Shown here in pieces: positions 34,497 through 44,884 of a stretch of DNA of 64,000 bases. Source of the DNA: an uncultured Methanoregulaceae archaeon (GTDB lineage: Archaea; Halobacteriota; Methanomicrobia; Methanomicrobiales; Methanospirillaceae); NCBI GenBank assembly GCA_963701095.1, contig OY969564.1:544001-608000 (forward strand), read 5' to 3'. The position numbers and the translations under genes are program-made. A model generated the notes under the pieces. The model ran no database searches and had not been told where the DNA came from. It worked only from the letters and a program-made list of their open reading frames with translations. Within the stretch, counting starts at the first letter, position 1. Every line of letters begins with the position of its first letter.

Positions 34497-34561
34497 CCGG
34501 CTTTATCGCATTTTTTTTCCTAATTGAAAACTCCTGATTTTAACAGATCATAAAGAAGTCG

Positions 34562-35713
34562 TCAAAAAAAAGACCGTATCCCGGAAAGAAGCAGTGGTGA
34601 AAAGAAGTGGAGGAGCGAGGGGTTTCTCATGAGCACCCCGGCAATTTTTGCAGGCCGGTCCATATCCCCGTAGCGGATAATTGCTTTAATAGTTGCCGGG
34701 TTGTTCATTACCTGTATCATCTCGTCGATAGTCTTCACAGAAAGATGCTGACGCATCAGGAAGAGCCGGTACCCCAACGCAAGTTCCCGACCCATGTCGG
34801 CCTGCCAACGTTTCTCGTATTCAGCAAGGGCAGTGTCAGAAAAATCATCCTGTTCACAACATTCCACTGCCACCGCAGCAGCGTGGCGGGCTGAACGAAC
34901 CCCCGTATACACACCGCCTCCCGATGTGGGTTTAGCAAACCCGGCTGCATCCCCGACAAAGAGAGTCCGTAAACCATACGTCCGGGGCATAATGCCAAGC
35001 GGGATAGTTCCGGTGACACAATGCAGGTCAGAGCGAAGACCGATTCTTTTTATAAAGACGGAAAAAAGGTGACGGGCATTCGTTTTTCCACAGAGTCCCA
35101 CTCTCACCCGGCCGTTCCCGGAGGGAATTACCCAGCCGAAAAATTCCGGTGCAGCATCAGGGTACAGCTCAACAAGACCCGGATCGCTGTTGTACATACC
35201 CTCAGACTGGATACCGGCAAGATAAACCGGCGATCGCTCCATACCATGAAAACGGGCGATAGTACTCCGGGGACCGTCTGCAGCAATCAGGATCTTAAAC
35301 GGGATCTCGCACTTTCCGTCAATTCCCCGAGTAAGGACGTGGTTATTTTTCACACCACAGACAACATTCTTTAGCATAAACTCTGCTCCTGCATCCGCTG
35401 CCGCCATCGCCATTTCACGGTCAAGCATTGCCCTGTCAACAACACAGGCTTTAGGCGTTTTTGCATCAATAACAAGTGCAGATCCAAAAGAGGGTACAAT
35501 GCGGGCCCCGGAAACGATATTCAGTATAGGTTTCCGGGAAACTGCGCATTCCTCGAATGCAGCAAGAGACAAAAGACCGGCACATTGTACGGGGTAACCG
35601 ATACTTCCCTGCTCTTCAATACAAAGAACAGAGAGTCCGCGTCGAGCGCAGACATGTGCAGCTGCGCTGCCGGCAGCCCGGCACCGGCGACAACAACATC
35701 ATAGGCCGGGGGC
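34562..35713 (-). CDS. Geranylgeranyl reductase family FAD oxidoreductase (DGGGPL reductase-like); frameshift near 35676
   Basis: YDVVVAGAG(P)AGS, PVQCAG, DRAMLD, AADGP.S, FFGWVIP, VGDAAG..KPTSGGG. Confidence 0.87.
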
Positions 35714-35730
35714 ATAAAAAGAATCCTTAC

Positions 35731-36330
35731 TTATTTTGACTCTTTTCCGTCGTTATGATCGGCGGAATTTATCTGGATCTGGCAGGTTCTGATGATAAAT
35801 GTTCGGGGCGTTACAGGAAGGATTTCTCCCTCCTTTATCGATAACCCCATGAGGATCGCAAAAAGCCCAAGCACAAGCGAGATCGTCCCTACTAAAGTCA
35901 TAATAAAGAAAGATCGCATAACAGGTACATAGGTAATGAAAATAAGAAACAGGATAATGCTACTTGCAATAACCACAATGACCATAAGATACTTTGATTG
36001 TGGCCTCGTTAATGCATACGATATTCCGGTATAGCCAGCATAAAGAGCAAGGAAACCAACAACAAGGATAAAAATCAAAGACATGGTTTCGGGAAACAAA
36101 AGCTCAACAAGACCGACGACCAGAAGGGCTGCAGAACAGAGGAACCAGAAAATGGATTCATCCGCATGAGCAGTGATAGCTACTAATATGCAAAGGATAA
36201 ATGCACCTATAAGAAGAATCCAGAATACGCCGGTAAAGAAAGCAAGAACTTGCGCCGGCACAACAAGTGCGAGACCCCCGAAGATCACGCCTGTCAACCC
36301 TTTTAAAAGGTGAGACAGTTTAGCATCCAT
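35731..36330 (-). CDS. Multi-pass membrane protein (HdeD/DUF308-like)
   Basis: About six hydrophobic helices in 199 aa. Confidence 0.6.
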   Translation of the reverse strand: MDAKLSHLLKGLTGVIFGGLALVVPAQVLAFFTGVFWILLIGAFILCILVAITAHADESIFWFLCSAALLVVGLVELLFPETMSLIFILVVGFLALYAGYTGISYALTRPQSKYLMVIVVIASSIILFLIFITYVPVMRSFFIMTLVGTISLVLGLFAILMGLSIKEGEILPVTPRTFIIRTCQIQINSADHNDGKESK

Positions 36331-36680
36331 AGGAATACGTCGATGTGATCGCGTTAATAGTTTCTTATACTAATGCAAGGGCCGGTCCGGATCTTGTGCT
36401 CTGATAAGAATTTATAATTGTTAGGGATTCCTTAAAATAAGCTTTGACTGAAGCATTTAAAAAAAACGAAGCAGCGACAAGCGCCCAACTGGCAGCCACT
36501 CTTGTTGCGTTTGTGATTGCTCCAAACTTTGCGTAAATTTATTCACCGTGTCCTCTCTTTCTGGATGTTTTGATCAGGATTTGAGGTCAACGGATTGGAC
36601 GCGTTCCTAATCGCATACCATTTACATTTCCGTATTCTGACAAAATGCTTGCCAGTACTCCCGGAAAAAGCAGGCGCATT

Positions 36681-36905
36681 TTAAAGTCGCCCGAAGCCGA
36701 AAAAATCTATTCCCAACAGTTTTTCCATAACATAAAGTATAGCAAAGAAGAACACCGCGTAGAGAATAAAATTGACCACAAAATTTACCCAACCGGTCAC
36801 ACCGGAATTATTCATAATCATATTAGAGAGCGCATTTGCGATGACAATTGCACAAAGAATTCCAAGGAAAAAAATAATCCATTTTTTGACTTCGACAAAA
36901 TCCAT
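36681..36905 (-). CDS. Small two-TM hypothetical membrane protein
   Basis: 74-aa ORF with two hydrophobic helices and an AGGTG-like RBS upstream. Confidence 0.6.
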   Translation of the reverse strand: MDFVEVKKWIIFFLGILCAIVIANALSNMIMNNSGVTGWVNFVVNFILYAVFFFAILYVMEKLLGIDFFGFGRL

Positions 36906-37085
36906 ACAGATTATTGGCGCCTACACCTATTAAAACTCTCAAAAGAGTGACAGTATATATTTTTTGTTGGTTCATGCACACTGCTCCTCACTAGTTATGC
37001 AATCGGTTCTCTTGCGTACGGAAGGAAAGTATTTGACTATCCGCTTCCAATCTCACAGACGGTATATTAAGAAAGGAATTTTCCT

Positions 37086-37433
37086 ATGCCAAAATCCAAC
37101 AGCCGCCAACTGTTACGTGAAATTCTCGCGGAGATGGTCCGGATCTCGCAATTAACTTCGGGACGCCAGTACGAGAATTTTTACCGTGATGAAAAAGATT
37201 ATGCAAGCCTTGCTGGCAGCCTCAGAATAATTAGTGAACGTGTGCGTCATGTCCCGACCATTATTCGCGTAAAATACGCACTTGTACCATGGAATGAACT
37301 TTCGGAATTAGAAGAGAAGATTTCCGGAACGGACCCGGTTAACCGGCCCAGGATTCTCTGGAAAATCGCCACCGAGACGCTGCCGCGTATCAGGCCAGTA
37401 CTCGAAAACCTGGAAAAGGAAATGGAAGTATAA
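37086..37433 (+). CDS. DUF86/HepT-like HEPN protein, degenerate
   Basis: L.IISE.V.HVP..I..KY..VPW...ILW.I....LP.I pattern of DUF86. The Rx4H catalytic motif is absent. Confidence 0.7.
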   Translation: MPKSNSRQLLREILAEMVRISQLTSGRQYENFYRDEKDYASLAGSLRIISERVRHVPTIIRVKYALVPWNELSELEEKISGTDPVNRPRILWKIATETLPRIRPVLENLEKEMEV

Positions 37434-37560
37434 AACTGCCGGGTATTTTTCAACAGCGACCCGGATTCACCGGGTATCTCTTCCATTTATCCCTCGTCGT
37501 AAGTAAGACGTTACCTGCCCCCGGCCAATGCTTATTGCATATAATGGACTCTTTATTGAT

Positions 37561-38097
37561 ATGGACGATGAAGATAACGGCCATCCGGTCGAACCAGAAG
37601 ATCAGTCTTTGCCGGATCCAGCCCTCGATCTACCGGCTCCTCCTATGAGCCCGTGGTTTTGGGCAGTAATCGCCCTTATCGGATTTCTTATCATTCTTAT
37701 CATATACGGTCAGGTCCAGGGAATCACTCATCCGGTTACCGTCAACCTGACCGGGACCAGCTGGACGCTTGTGTCCTATGCCTCAACTCGAGGGATTATG
37801 CTCCCGGTTACGACAATAATAAATCTCTCATTTAGCGCCGAGAACAGGACCGCTTTTGGCGTATTTAATTCCTGTACCCGGTACGCATACACCTATTCCC
37901 TGTATAATTCCACGCTCATTTTTTCCAATGGGACAACAACGCGTAGTTCCTGTGCAAATTTCAGTGATGAACATTCAGAATCCGCATATCTGCAGGATCT
38001 CGGAAATACGACCATCGAGCGATTCCGGTCCGGGCATCTTACATTTTATAGTGCAGGAAATAAACCGCTGCTCACCTTTGGCCAGTCTGATAGCTGA
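37561..38097 (+). CDS. META-domain membrane-anchored protein
   Basis: TM helix, then LTGTSWTLVSY, SC..Y...Y, TT..SC, ESAYLQ.L, LTF motifs. Confidence 0.75.
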   Translation: MDDEDNGHPVEPEDQSLPDPALDLPAPPMSPWFWAVIALIGFLIILIIYGQVQGITHPVTVNLTGTSWTLVSYASTRGIMLPVTTIINLSFSAENRTAFGVFNSCTRYAYTYSLYNSTLIFSNGTTTRSSCANFSDEHSESAYLQDLGNTTIERFRSGHLTFYSAGNKPLLTFGQSDS

Positions 38098-38226
38098 ATT
38101 TTTTCCTGCTCCTGCTCCTGCTCCTTTTCAAACAATCCACTGTCAAAACATAGGAGAATGGTATTGATATACGAACATTAAAAAAAGGCAGGTGCAAGAA
38201 GTTATAATCGGGAGTGAAATACGAAC

Positions 38227-39534
38227 ATGGAAGCAAAGAGCGAACGAAAAGACGGCGTACTTATCTTTTTTATCAACGGACGGCTGGATGCATTCGGTGC
38301 TCAGCAGCTGGATGAGTGGATAAAAGGAACCCTCCAAGATGACGATAAAGAACTTGTAATCGATTTATCCGGATCTACGTATCTTTCAAGCGGCGGGCTG
38401 CGAACTTTTAGTATGCTTAAAAAAGAGATGAAACGCCGGAACGGGCGCTTTGCACTTGCAAATGTGGGAGAATATCCAAAAAAAGTGCTTGATATGGCCG
38501 GGTTCTCCACGATTCTTGAGATCTTTCCAACAACTGAGACCGCAGTAGAAGATATGAGAAAAAAGAGAAAAAACCCGACCCTTTTTAACGAAATCTTTTA
38601 CAAGAAGATTGAAGAAGAAGGGGTCTCTCTTATTATTGAACCTGGCTGGATGATCAGCCCGCCAACGCTCCGGATTACGGGAGATCTTACAAAAGTCTTG
38701 CATGCCCGGCTTACCGAAGCAGACATAAGGGAAAAGCAGTTTTCCGAGATTACGTACTCACTTGGTCTCGGTGCACTTGGAGCCAATAAAAAAGAGGCCA
38801 TGCCTCTGCTCGGTGAAATGATTACCCTGTACGGCTCTATGGTCTGGCTACCTACAGACGGTAATAACACCCCGGACTTTCTTACACCAATGGATACCAA
38901 AGGAGATGTCCCGGTGTACACAGGGTATAATGTAACGCTTGACGGCCCGTTCAACGAGTACCTTACCCTTGACACTGTGGATCCCAATGGCGTCAGTTTG
39001 GGTGACATTTATCGAACTATCTTTTCCAGTGCCAGGAACAGGGTTAAAATCTATAAAGGAGTCGTCGCGGTTTCCATCTGGGGTGTGATTGCCGGTGTTG
39101 CAAGTTCGGGAATTAAAAAAGCGCCTGTTGCCCAATCGTCACTTCCCGCAAAAACAACGATTATGGACCCGGCGTACTCGGCACAGTGGATGGCTTCTGA
39201 TACTAGTATGTCCTATAAAGGAGACACACTGGTTAGTTTTGGTTTTGGGATTGACTGCGAATATACCACAGCAGGCTTCAAACAGGAGCATCTCGATTCC
39301 CTGTTCTACACAAATCCTGCAAACAAATCCTCCTCAAAGATGATGTACCTTCACAACCACGGTGTAATCTTCCGTGGTGTCCCCTACGACGCATCGCTTG
39401 ATTTAAACACCCAGGTAAAAAAGATCATCAACGAAGCCACCTTTGTGGATATGCGCCATCTCCTGGACAGCACCCGGCTTCGCCGTGCAAAGATCGGCGT
39501 TGCTTATGTCCAGGATATCGTCCGGGAACCCTGA
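38227..39534 (+). CDS. STAS (anti-anti-sigma) domain fused to a ~320-aa C-terminal domain
   Basis: N-terminal GRLDA..A...DLS..TYLSSGGLR...KKVLDMAGF; C-terminal domain with HNH and RHLLD motifs. Confidence 0.85.
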   Translation: MEAKSERKDGVLIFFINGRLDAFGAQQLDEWIKGTLQDDDKELVIDLSGSTYLSSGGLRTFSMLKKEMKRRNGRFALANVGEYPKKVLDMAGFSTILEIFPTTETAVEDMRKKRKNPTLFNEIFYKKIEEEGVSLIIEPGWMISPPTLRITGDLTKVLHARLTEADIREKQFSEITYSLGLGALGANKKEAMPLLGEMITLYGSMVWLPTDGNNTPDFLTPMDTKGDVPVYTGYNVTLDGPFNEYLTLDTVDPNGVSLGDIYRTIFSSARNRVKIYKGVVAVSIWGVIAGVASSGIKKAPVAQSSLPAKTTIMDPAYSAQWMASDTSMSYKGDTLVSFGFGIDCEYTTAGFKQEHLDSLFYTNPANKSSSKMMYLHNHGVIFRGVPYDASLDLNTQVKKIINEATFVDMRHLLDSTRLRRAKIGVAYVQDIVREP

Positions 39535-39543
39535 AAATAGTGA

Positions 39544-39978
39544 TCAAGAAACCGCATCTTTTTGCTTTTTTTTCGTGAAGATCAGGATATTCTTTTCGTC
39601 TTCATACCGGTACGTGACGGTATCAGTAACCTGACGGACCAGATAGATACCAAGGCCCCCGGTTTTGCGTTCTGCAATTGAAGAGGTAATGTCTGGATCG
39701 GGTACGGTTAAAGGGTTAAATGGCGGGGCTTCGTCAACAATCTCTACGGTCAGGAGATCCGTATCTGCTATGCTATGAATGCTGATCAAACCTGGACTAC
39801 CACAAAAACCATGTCGGATGATATTAGTAATGATCTCTTCAACGGCGAGCTGGATATCAAGAACTGCCTGATCGCAAAAACCGGCTAGTTGCATGAACTG
39901 TTCAATCTCATGTGCAACAGCAGGCATCGCATCGAACCGGGCAGGAATTACCATGTCTGCAGTAGCTGCCAGGATCAC
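39544..39978 (-). CDS. RsbW/SpoIIAB-like Ser/Thr kinase (HATPase_c_2)
   Basis: LAVEEIITNIIRHG, DEAPPFNP, ERKTGGLGIYLVRQ. Strong GGAGGAGGTG RBS at ~39977-39986. The track's longer start at 40188 is unlikely. Confidence 0.88.
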   Translation of the reverse strand: MILAATADMVIPARFDAMPAVAHEIEQFMQLAGFCDQAVLDIQLAVEEIITNIIRHGFCGSPGLISIHSIADTDLLTVEIVDEAPPFNPLTVPDPDITSSIAERKTGGLGIYLVRQVTDTVTYRYEDEKNILIFTKKKQKDAVS

Positions 39979-40175
39979 ACCTCCTCCAGATATGCTCGGT
40001 ACCTCATTCCTCTGGCTGCTGGCATAAGCTATCCCTGATATGATATACAAACATCTACCATAAAAAGACGGCTTAACGACAGAATGGATTCTACGAAAAA
40101 GGGAAAGATTATCTCTGTACAGAAAGGATAGCTTTAGAAGACGCCCAAACAGCGCCTGTCTGGGAGGAATGACTC

Positions 40176-40532
40176 GTGGATATAACAACTACTACCCATG
40201 ATACTGCAGCCATTCTTACCGTGAAAGGTCGTGTGGATGCTTTAACTGCCGGTGACCTCGAAAGTGCTATTAATACTATCATTGACAAGGGCGACCGGTG
40301 TATTATTCTTGATTTTTCCGGACTTACCTATATTTCAAGCGGCGGCCTTCGCGTCCTTTTGGCTACAGCAAAAAAACTTCAGAACAATGGTGACCGTTTT
40401 ATGCTCTGCGGCCTCTCTATCGATGTGCAAAAGGTCATGAATCTTGCCGGTTTTACAGCAATCTTCTCTATCTATTCCTCAGCATCCGAAGCTCTAGACG
40501 CAGTAAAAAAACCAGTAAAACCCCATTCCTGA
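40176..40532 (+). CDS. STAS anti-anti-sigma factor (RsbV/SpoIIAA-like)
   Basis: GRVDA.TA, LDFSGLTYISSGGLRVLL, QKVMNLAGF; GGAGG RBS. Confidence 0.9.
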   Translation: MDITTTTHDTAAILTVKGRVDALTAGDLESAINTIIDKGDRCIILDFSGLTYISSGGLRVLLATAKKLQNNGDRFMLCGLSIDVQKVMNLAGFTAIFSIYSSASEALDAVKKPVKPHS

Positions 40533-40564
40533 GCCCTGTTTTCACAAACCGCCAGTAAATGTTT

Positions 40565-41326
40565 TTACTTTTCTTTTTCTGATTTTCCTATTGTGGCAAG
40601 ATAGATCAGGAAATGGTTAACACCGTCAATCCCAAGGATGGATGCCATGATGTCGTCATCGAACGCTGCAACAGCACACACGCCACATCCGATAGCCTCA
40701 GCTGCCAGGTACAGGTTCTGGCAGACATGACCTGCATCGAGGTGAAGGTCCCGGAATCCACGTTCCCCATACCGCCATGTCATCCGGTAGGGAATTGCCG
40801 TCCAGAGAAATGCAACACCGCACCGCATGATAAAATCCTGGTCAAAACATGCATGGGTAATATCGATATGCAGGGATGGATCATCGGAAATACGCTGGAG
40901 GCTATGGGAAAGTGCAAGGAACCGGTATAATCCCGGTACCAATCCGTGGACGTCATTTACAAGAAGATAGGTCTCAAACGCATGGCGCGACCCTGCCGAA
41001 GGAACTGTCCTGAATGTAACCTGGGTTCCATGCACTTTTTTGACACCTTGAGTGCACCAGAGAAGAAAGGAAAGTTCAACAAGGGAAAGCGGCATCCTTT
41101 CGTAGGATCTCACACTACGCCGCCGTTCAATGGCCATGCGCAGATCTATGGGAGGAATTACAAGATCTGTGGGTTTTGGGAGATCGATTACCGGCTTCCC
41201 GGGGTTTTTTGGTAGTTCGAGAGGGGGTTGGGGAAGACCTTTTTCTTGGTCAGAACGATCAAGGAAACGATATTTAGTCCTCTCCATGAATTCTTGGCCA
41301 GCACTTGGAAAAGAATGTTCTGTCAT
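40565..41326 (-). CDS. SagB/ThcOx-type nitroreductase family protein
   Basis: RRRSVRSY, LSFLLW.TQG, FRTVPSAGSRH.FETYL, WRYGERG.R..HLDAGHVCQNLYL. Confidence 0.9.
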   Translation of the reverse strand: MTEHSFPSAGQEFMERTKYRFLDRSDQEKGLPQPPLELPKNPGKPVIDLPKPTDLVIPPIDLRMAIERRRSVRSYERMPLSLVELSFLLWCTQGVKKVHGTQVTFRTVPSAGSRHAFETYLLVNDVHGLVPGLYRFLALSHSLQRISDDPSLHIDITHACFDQDFIMRCGVAFLWTAIPYRMTWRYGERGFRDLHLDAGHVCQNLYLAAEAIGCGVCAVAAFDDDIMASILGIDGVNHFLIYLATIGKSEKEK

Positions 41327-41467
41327 ACGGTAACGATCTACGGCCGATTCCTGATAGTCCTTGTGCCTGCTGGTATGACTCAAGTTAAGTACCAAAAGTT
41401 TACCTGCATTCAGGGTAATGGATATCAGGCCAAAAAGAAAAACATTGTTTTTAAAAAAGGATAACAG

Positions 41468-42284
41468 ATGTCAGGAAATTGCATACACAGGCCAATATGC
41501 GAACCACCGCTCATTGAATTTGAAAATGTCACTATAGTCCGGGGTGAGTGCCGTGTACTCGATGCTGTCACCCTCTCCCTGCGAGAAAGAGAAAACATTG
41601 CCATTCTTGGACCTAACGGTGCAGGAAAATCCTCACTGGTAAAAGCCATTACCCGGGAGTATTATCCGTTGATAACAGATAGGTCTGTGAAATTCCAGTT
41701 CCGGGGAAATGATACCTGGGATATCTTCGAGCTGCGGTCGTTTATTGGTATTGTATCAAACGATCTCCAGTTCACCTTCACCCGAACTATAACCGGCCAC
41801 GAAGTGGTACTTTCCGGGTTTTTCTCAAGTATCGGTCTCTTTAATCGGGACATCTCCCCTGCCATGGAAGAAAAAGCAAAAGAGATTGAACAGTTGCTTG
41901 GGATTAGTCAGCTTCAGCTGTCGTCCTATGACCTCTTTATCGTCCGGAGAAGCCCGGAGGTTCCTGATAGGAAGAGCGCTTGTTCCTGGCCCGGCAACCC
42001 TGCTCCTTGACGAACCCACAAGCAACCTCGACCTTTCTGCCCTGCACATGTTTCGCAATATGTTAAGAAAAATAGCACAGGCAGGGACAGGTATTGTCCT
42101 GGTGACACACAACCTCCACGATATCATTCCGGAGATTACCCGGATCATTATGATGAAAGACGGGAGAATTGTTGGCGACGGTGAAAAAACGCTCATGCTC
42201 ACGAATGAGAAGGTAGAAAGCCTTTTCTCGGTACCTGTTTCTATCCAGGAAGAACACGGTTGGTATTATGCAACGGGATACTAA
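41468..42284 (+). CDS. ABC transporter ATP-binding protein (ModF-like); frameshift near 41914
   Basis: GPNGAGKS, IGIVS, VVLSGFF, LSSGE.RR.LIGRAL, LDEPT, VTH. Joined by removing one base in AGCTTCAGCT. Confidence 0.85.
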
Positions 42285-42444
42285 ATCGTTCGTTTTTATA
42301 AATTTTTCATTTATTTTATTTATTAAGATCGTGTGCTCAAGAGAAGCATTCTTATCATAAATCTGAATTGTTAATTATGCGATGACCGGTATATCCGGGA
42401 AAGAGACCTTGCAATCTCCTCCCGCTCCGGCCGTGAGGTAGACC

Positions 42445-43008
42445 ATGGAAAAGATCCAGCTGCACAACCAAGCCCCAGCGGTGCCGATTCCAATTATTAT
42501 TGCCGGCGCACTTGTAAAGGGAAAGGAAAATTACCTGACAATTGGCGCATATGGAATAATGTCCATCCAGCCGCCAGTGGTCTATATTTCATCGATGAAA
42601 AGCCATTTCACCAATGCCGGGATAAAAAAGACCGGTTACTTTAGTATCAACGTACCTTGCGCGAGTATGGTAAAAGAGACCGATTACTGCGGGCTTGTAT
42701 CAGGGCGCGATACCGACAAATCCGTCGTCTTCACCTCATTTTATGGAAAAGAAAAACATGCCCCCATGATCCGGGAGTGCCCTATCAACGCGTTGTGTAA
42801 ACTTGCAAAAACTGTAAAACTTCCCAACAATGATGTCTTCATTGGCGATGTTGTAGAATATTACGTGGATAAAACATGCCTTGCAGAGGATCACCCCGAT
42901 CCCAAAAAAACTACCCCACTGCTCTTGTACGGCCGTTCGTACAGAAACCTGGGCCGGGTTGCCGGAACGGCCTTTGCTGCTGGAAAGGCACTCATGAAAA
43001 AAGAATAA
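42445..43008 (+). CDS. Flavin reductase-like (flavoredoxin) FMN-binding protein
   Basis: FSINVP, DYCGLVSGR.TDK, APMIRECPIN..C, FIGDV. Confidence 0.88.
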   Translation: MEKIQLHNQAPAVPIPIIIAGALVKGKENYLTIGAYGIMSIQPPVVYISSMKSHFTNAGIKKTGYFSINVPCASMVKETDYCGLVSGRDTDKSVVFTSFYGKEKHAPMIRECPINALCKLAKTVKLPNNDVFIGDVVEYYVDKTCLAEDHPDPKKTTPLLLYGRSYRNLGRVAGTAFAAGKALMKKE

Positions 43009-43106
43009 TTTTTTTTGTTCAGACTATGCCGGAGTTTGAATCCTAAAACACACTCCAAAAAACCCGCGTTTTTCTTGATGTTTTAAGAAAAAAGAGATTT
43101 TGTCGT

Positions 43107-43700
43107 TTATGCTGCCGCAGCTGCCGGGATTCCTTTTTTGACTTGTAACGCTGCGAAGATAGCTACAATCCCAATAAAGAGGGCAAAGATGCCAGCGACA
43201 AAAGGAAGGAGCGCAGCGGATAATAACGGAAACACAAGAAGCAGGATACCAAATATTATACTGATAATCCCGATAATACCATTTCCGGCATCCTTTCGTG
43301 TAAATGCATGGAATAAGTGAACGAATCCCGTAAAACATGCCCAGAAACCAATGAAGATGACTAAGAACGCGAGGAGGAAGACGGTTGAATATAATGGATA
43401 AGAGAGGATAATGATACCTGCAATAAGGTTGAGCACTGCGAGAAATATCTTCCAGCCCATATCTGTCCGATCTATGGCGAGACTGATCAGCGCGAAGATA
43501 CCGCTGACAAGCCAGTAGGCTCCCAGAAATGTGACAAAGACGAGCGTGGTAATACCCGGCGAAGCAAGGAACATAACGCCAATGAGGAATGCAAGAATTC
43601 CCCACAAGAGAATGACCCACCAGGGGAAAAGCCCGTGAGAGTTAAACCAGCACATTTGTTCATCTTCAGAAGGTTGCGGAAATGTAGTTGCTTCAGTCAT
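43107..43700 (-). CDS. HdeD/DUF308 family membrane protein
   Basis: WW..LLWGIL...G, FLGAYWLVSG, G.I.IIFGILL..P repeats. Confidence 0.8.
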   Translation of the reverse strand: MTEATTFPQPSEDEQMCWFNSHGLFPWWVILLWGILAFLIGVMFLASPGITTLVFVTFLGAYWLVSGIFALISLAIDRTDMGWKIFLAVLNLIAGIIILSYPLYSTVFLLAFLVIFIGFWACFTGFVHLFHAFTRKDAGNGIIGIISIIFGILLLVFPLLSAALLPFVAGIFALFIGIVAIFAALQVKKGIPAAAAA

Positions 43701-43784
43701 GTTAATAAACCTCAATTTTATACGTGATTTCTGCTACCGGCATATTTGAACATTGCTTTTTAACCGGTGCCATATTAAAAAATA

Positions 43785-44738
43785 TTACTCTGATTCGGGC
43801 ATATTGAGTATCGTCCGTATCTTCTGTTGGGTTTCCTTTGGTGTTCCTGTCGTATTTAGCAGATAGCAATCTGTCCGTTCGACAAGATCCCGGATATATT
43901 GATTCCGGAGCGTGGTTTTACGTGCTTCTTTTACTAGAAGATGCGGATTAAAGTATTCGTTCGCCTCGAAGAATGCACAGGCATCCTCTTTCTCCAGCTC
44001 GCACAGGGTTCGCGAATCAGCCGTGTCCCGGTGCAGGACGACAAGTGTGGTTAGAGTCGTAAGAGGTAACAGCCGGCCTTTTCCTACCACCCACCTGATA
44101 TCAGCTACAGCCCTTCCATCTGCATCATACTCATTTGCAGCAACAAGACCGTCGAATTCCTTCCAGATTGCAGAAAGATCCTGCCGGATGTAGAAATTCC
44201 GTTCCGAGCCGTATGCAAGAATCTCCGGACCGAAGATCCGGGTAAAGAACCAATCGTCGGAAATAATCCGGGCGCACGGATCGCGAAGAAGACCATACGT
44301 CTGGGTGGTCTTTCCCGCACCGGAAACCCCGACCATGCCAAGGCCTTTTCCTCCGATATCTACACAGGCTCCATGGATTGAGCTGATACCATGTTCGTCC
44401 TCAAGAATATCGCCGCAGAGGCCAAGTGCAATTGACTTGATCCAACCGTAGTAGGTAAAGTTGAACAGAAACGCGGTCTTGGTGTATGGGTCGAATTGTA
44501 CGGTGTTTTCCTCGTATGATGGATCAGAAAACACGTACAACCTGCCGTGAGACCGGATATTCTGGGACATCGGGGAAAAGTTCTCCTGCCATGTCTCAAG
44601 CAGTGTTCTGTTGTCAGAAATCAGTTTGATACAACAACCGAATATCTCCGATTTGATCTCGTACTTTATCCGGGGTGCACAACGTACGGCGAGCTGCTCT
44701 TTTTCTTCAGGGGAAATCAGGAGTATGGTATAGGGCAT
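43785..44738 (-). CDS. HPr-kinase/PEPCK-like P-loop protein
   Basis: IHGACVD..GKG...GVSGAGKTT and ISDDW motifs. Confidence 0.7.
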   Translation of the reverse strand: MPYTILLISPEEKEQLAVRCAPRIKYEIKSEIFGCCIKLISDNRTLLETWQENFSPMSQNIRSHGRLYVFSDPSYEENTVQFDPYTKTAFLFNFTYYGWIKSIALGLCGDILEDEHGISSIHGACVDIGGKGLGMVGVSGAGKTTQTYGLLRDPCARIISDDWFFTRIFGPEILAYGSERNFYIRQDLSAIWKEFDGLVAANEYDADGRAVADIRWVVGKGRLLPLTTLTTLVVLHRDTADSRTLCELEKEDACAFFEANEYFNPHLLVKEARKTTLRNQYIRDLVERTDCYLLNTTGTPKETQQKIRTILNMPESE

Positions 44739-44884
44739 CGAACGACCTCACATATGATGATCTTCATTCTTGATAAGCCGCCTACCGGTATAGGATGCTT
44801 TCGGTCGGGAGAAAGTCAGCCCGAACAATAAAAAAATAATTTCGAACCAAATCACAAAAAGAAGTATTCCAGGAATAATAGAGG

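Noticed and set aside
36340..36660. Possible small gene or ncRNA in this intergenic gap
   Set aside because: I found no convincing start/RBS, motif or stable structure.
40565..41326. RiPP (azole) biosynthetic cluster around the SagB-like gene
   Set aside because: No YcaO, E1-like protein or precursor peptide nearby; standalone SagB-type nitroreductases are common.
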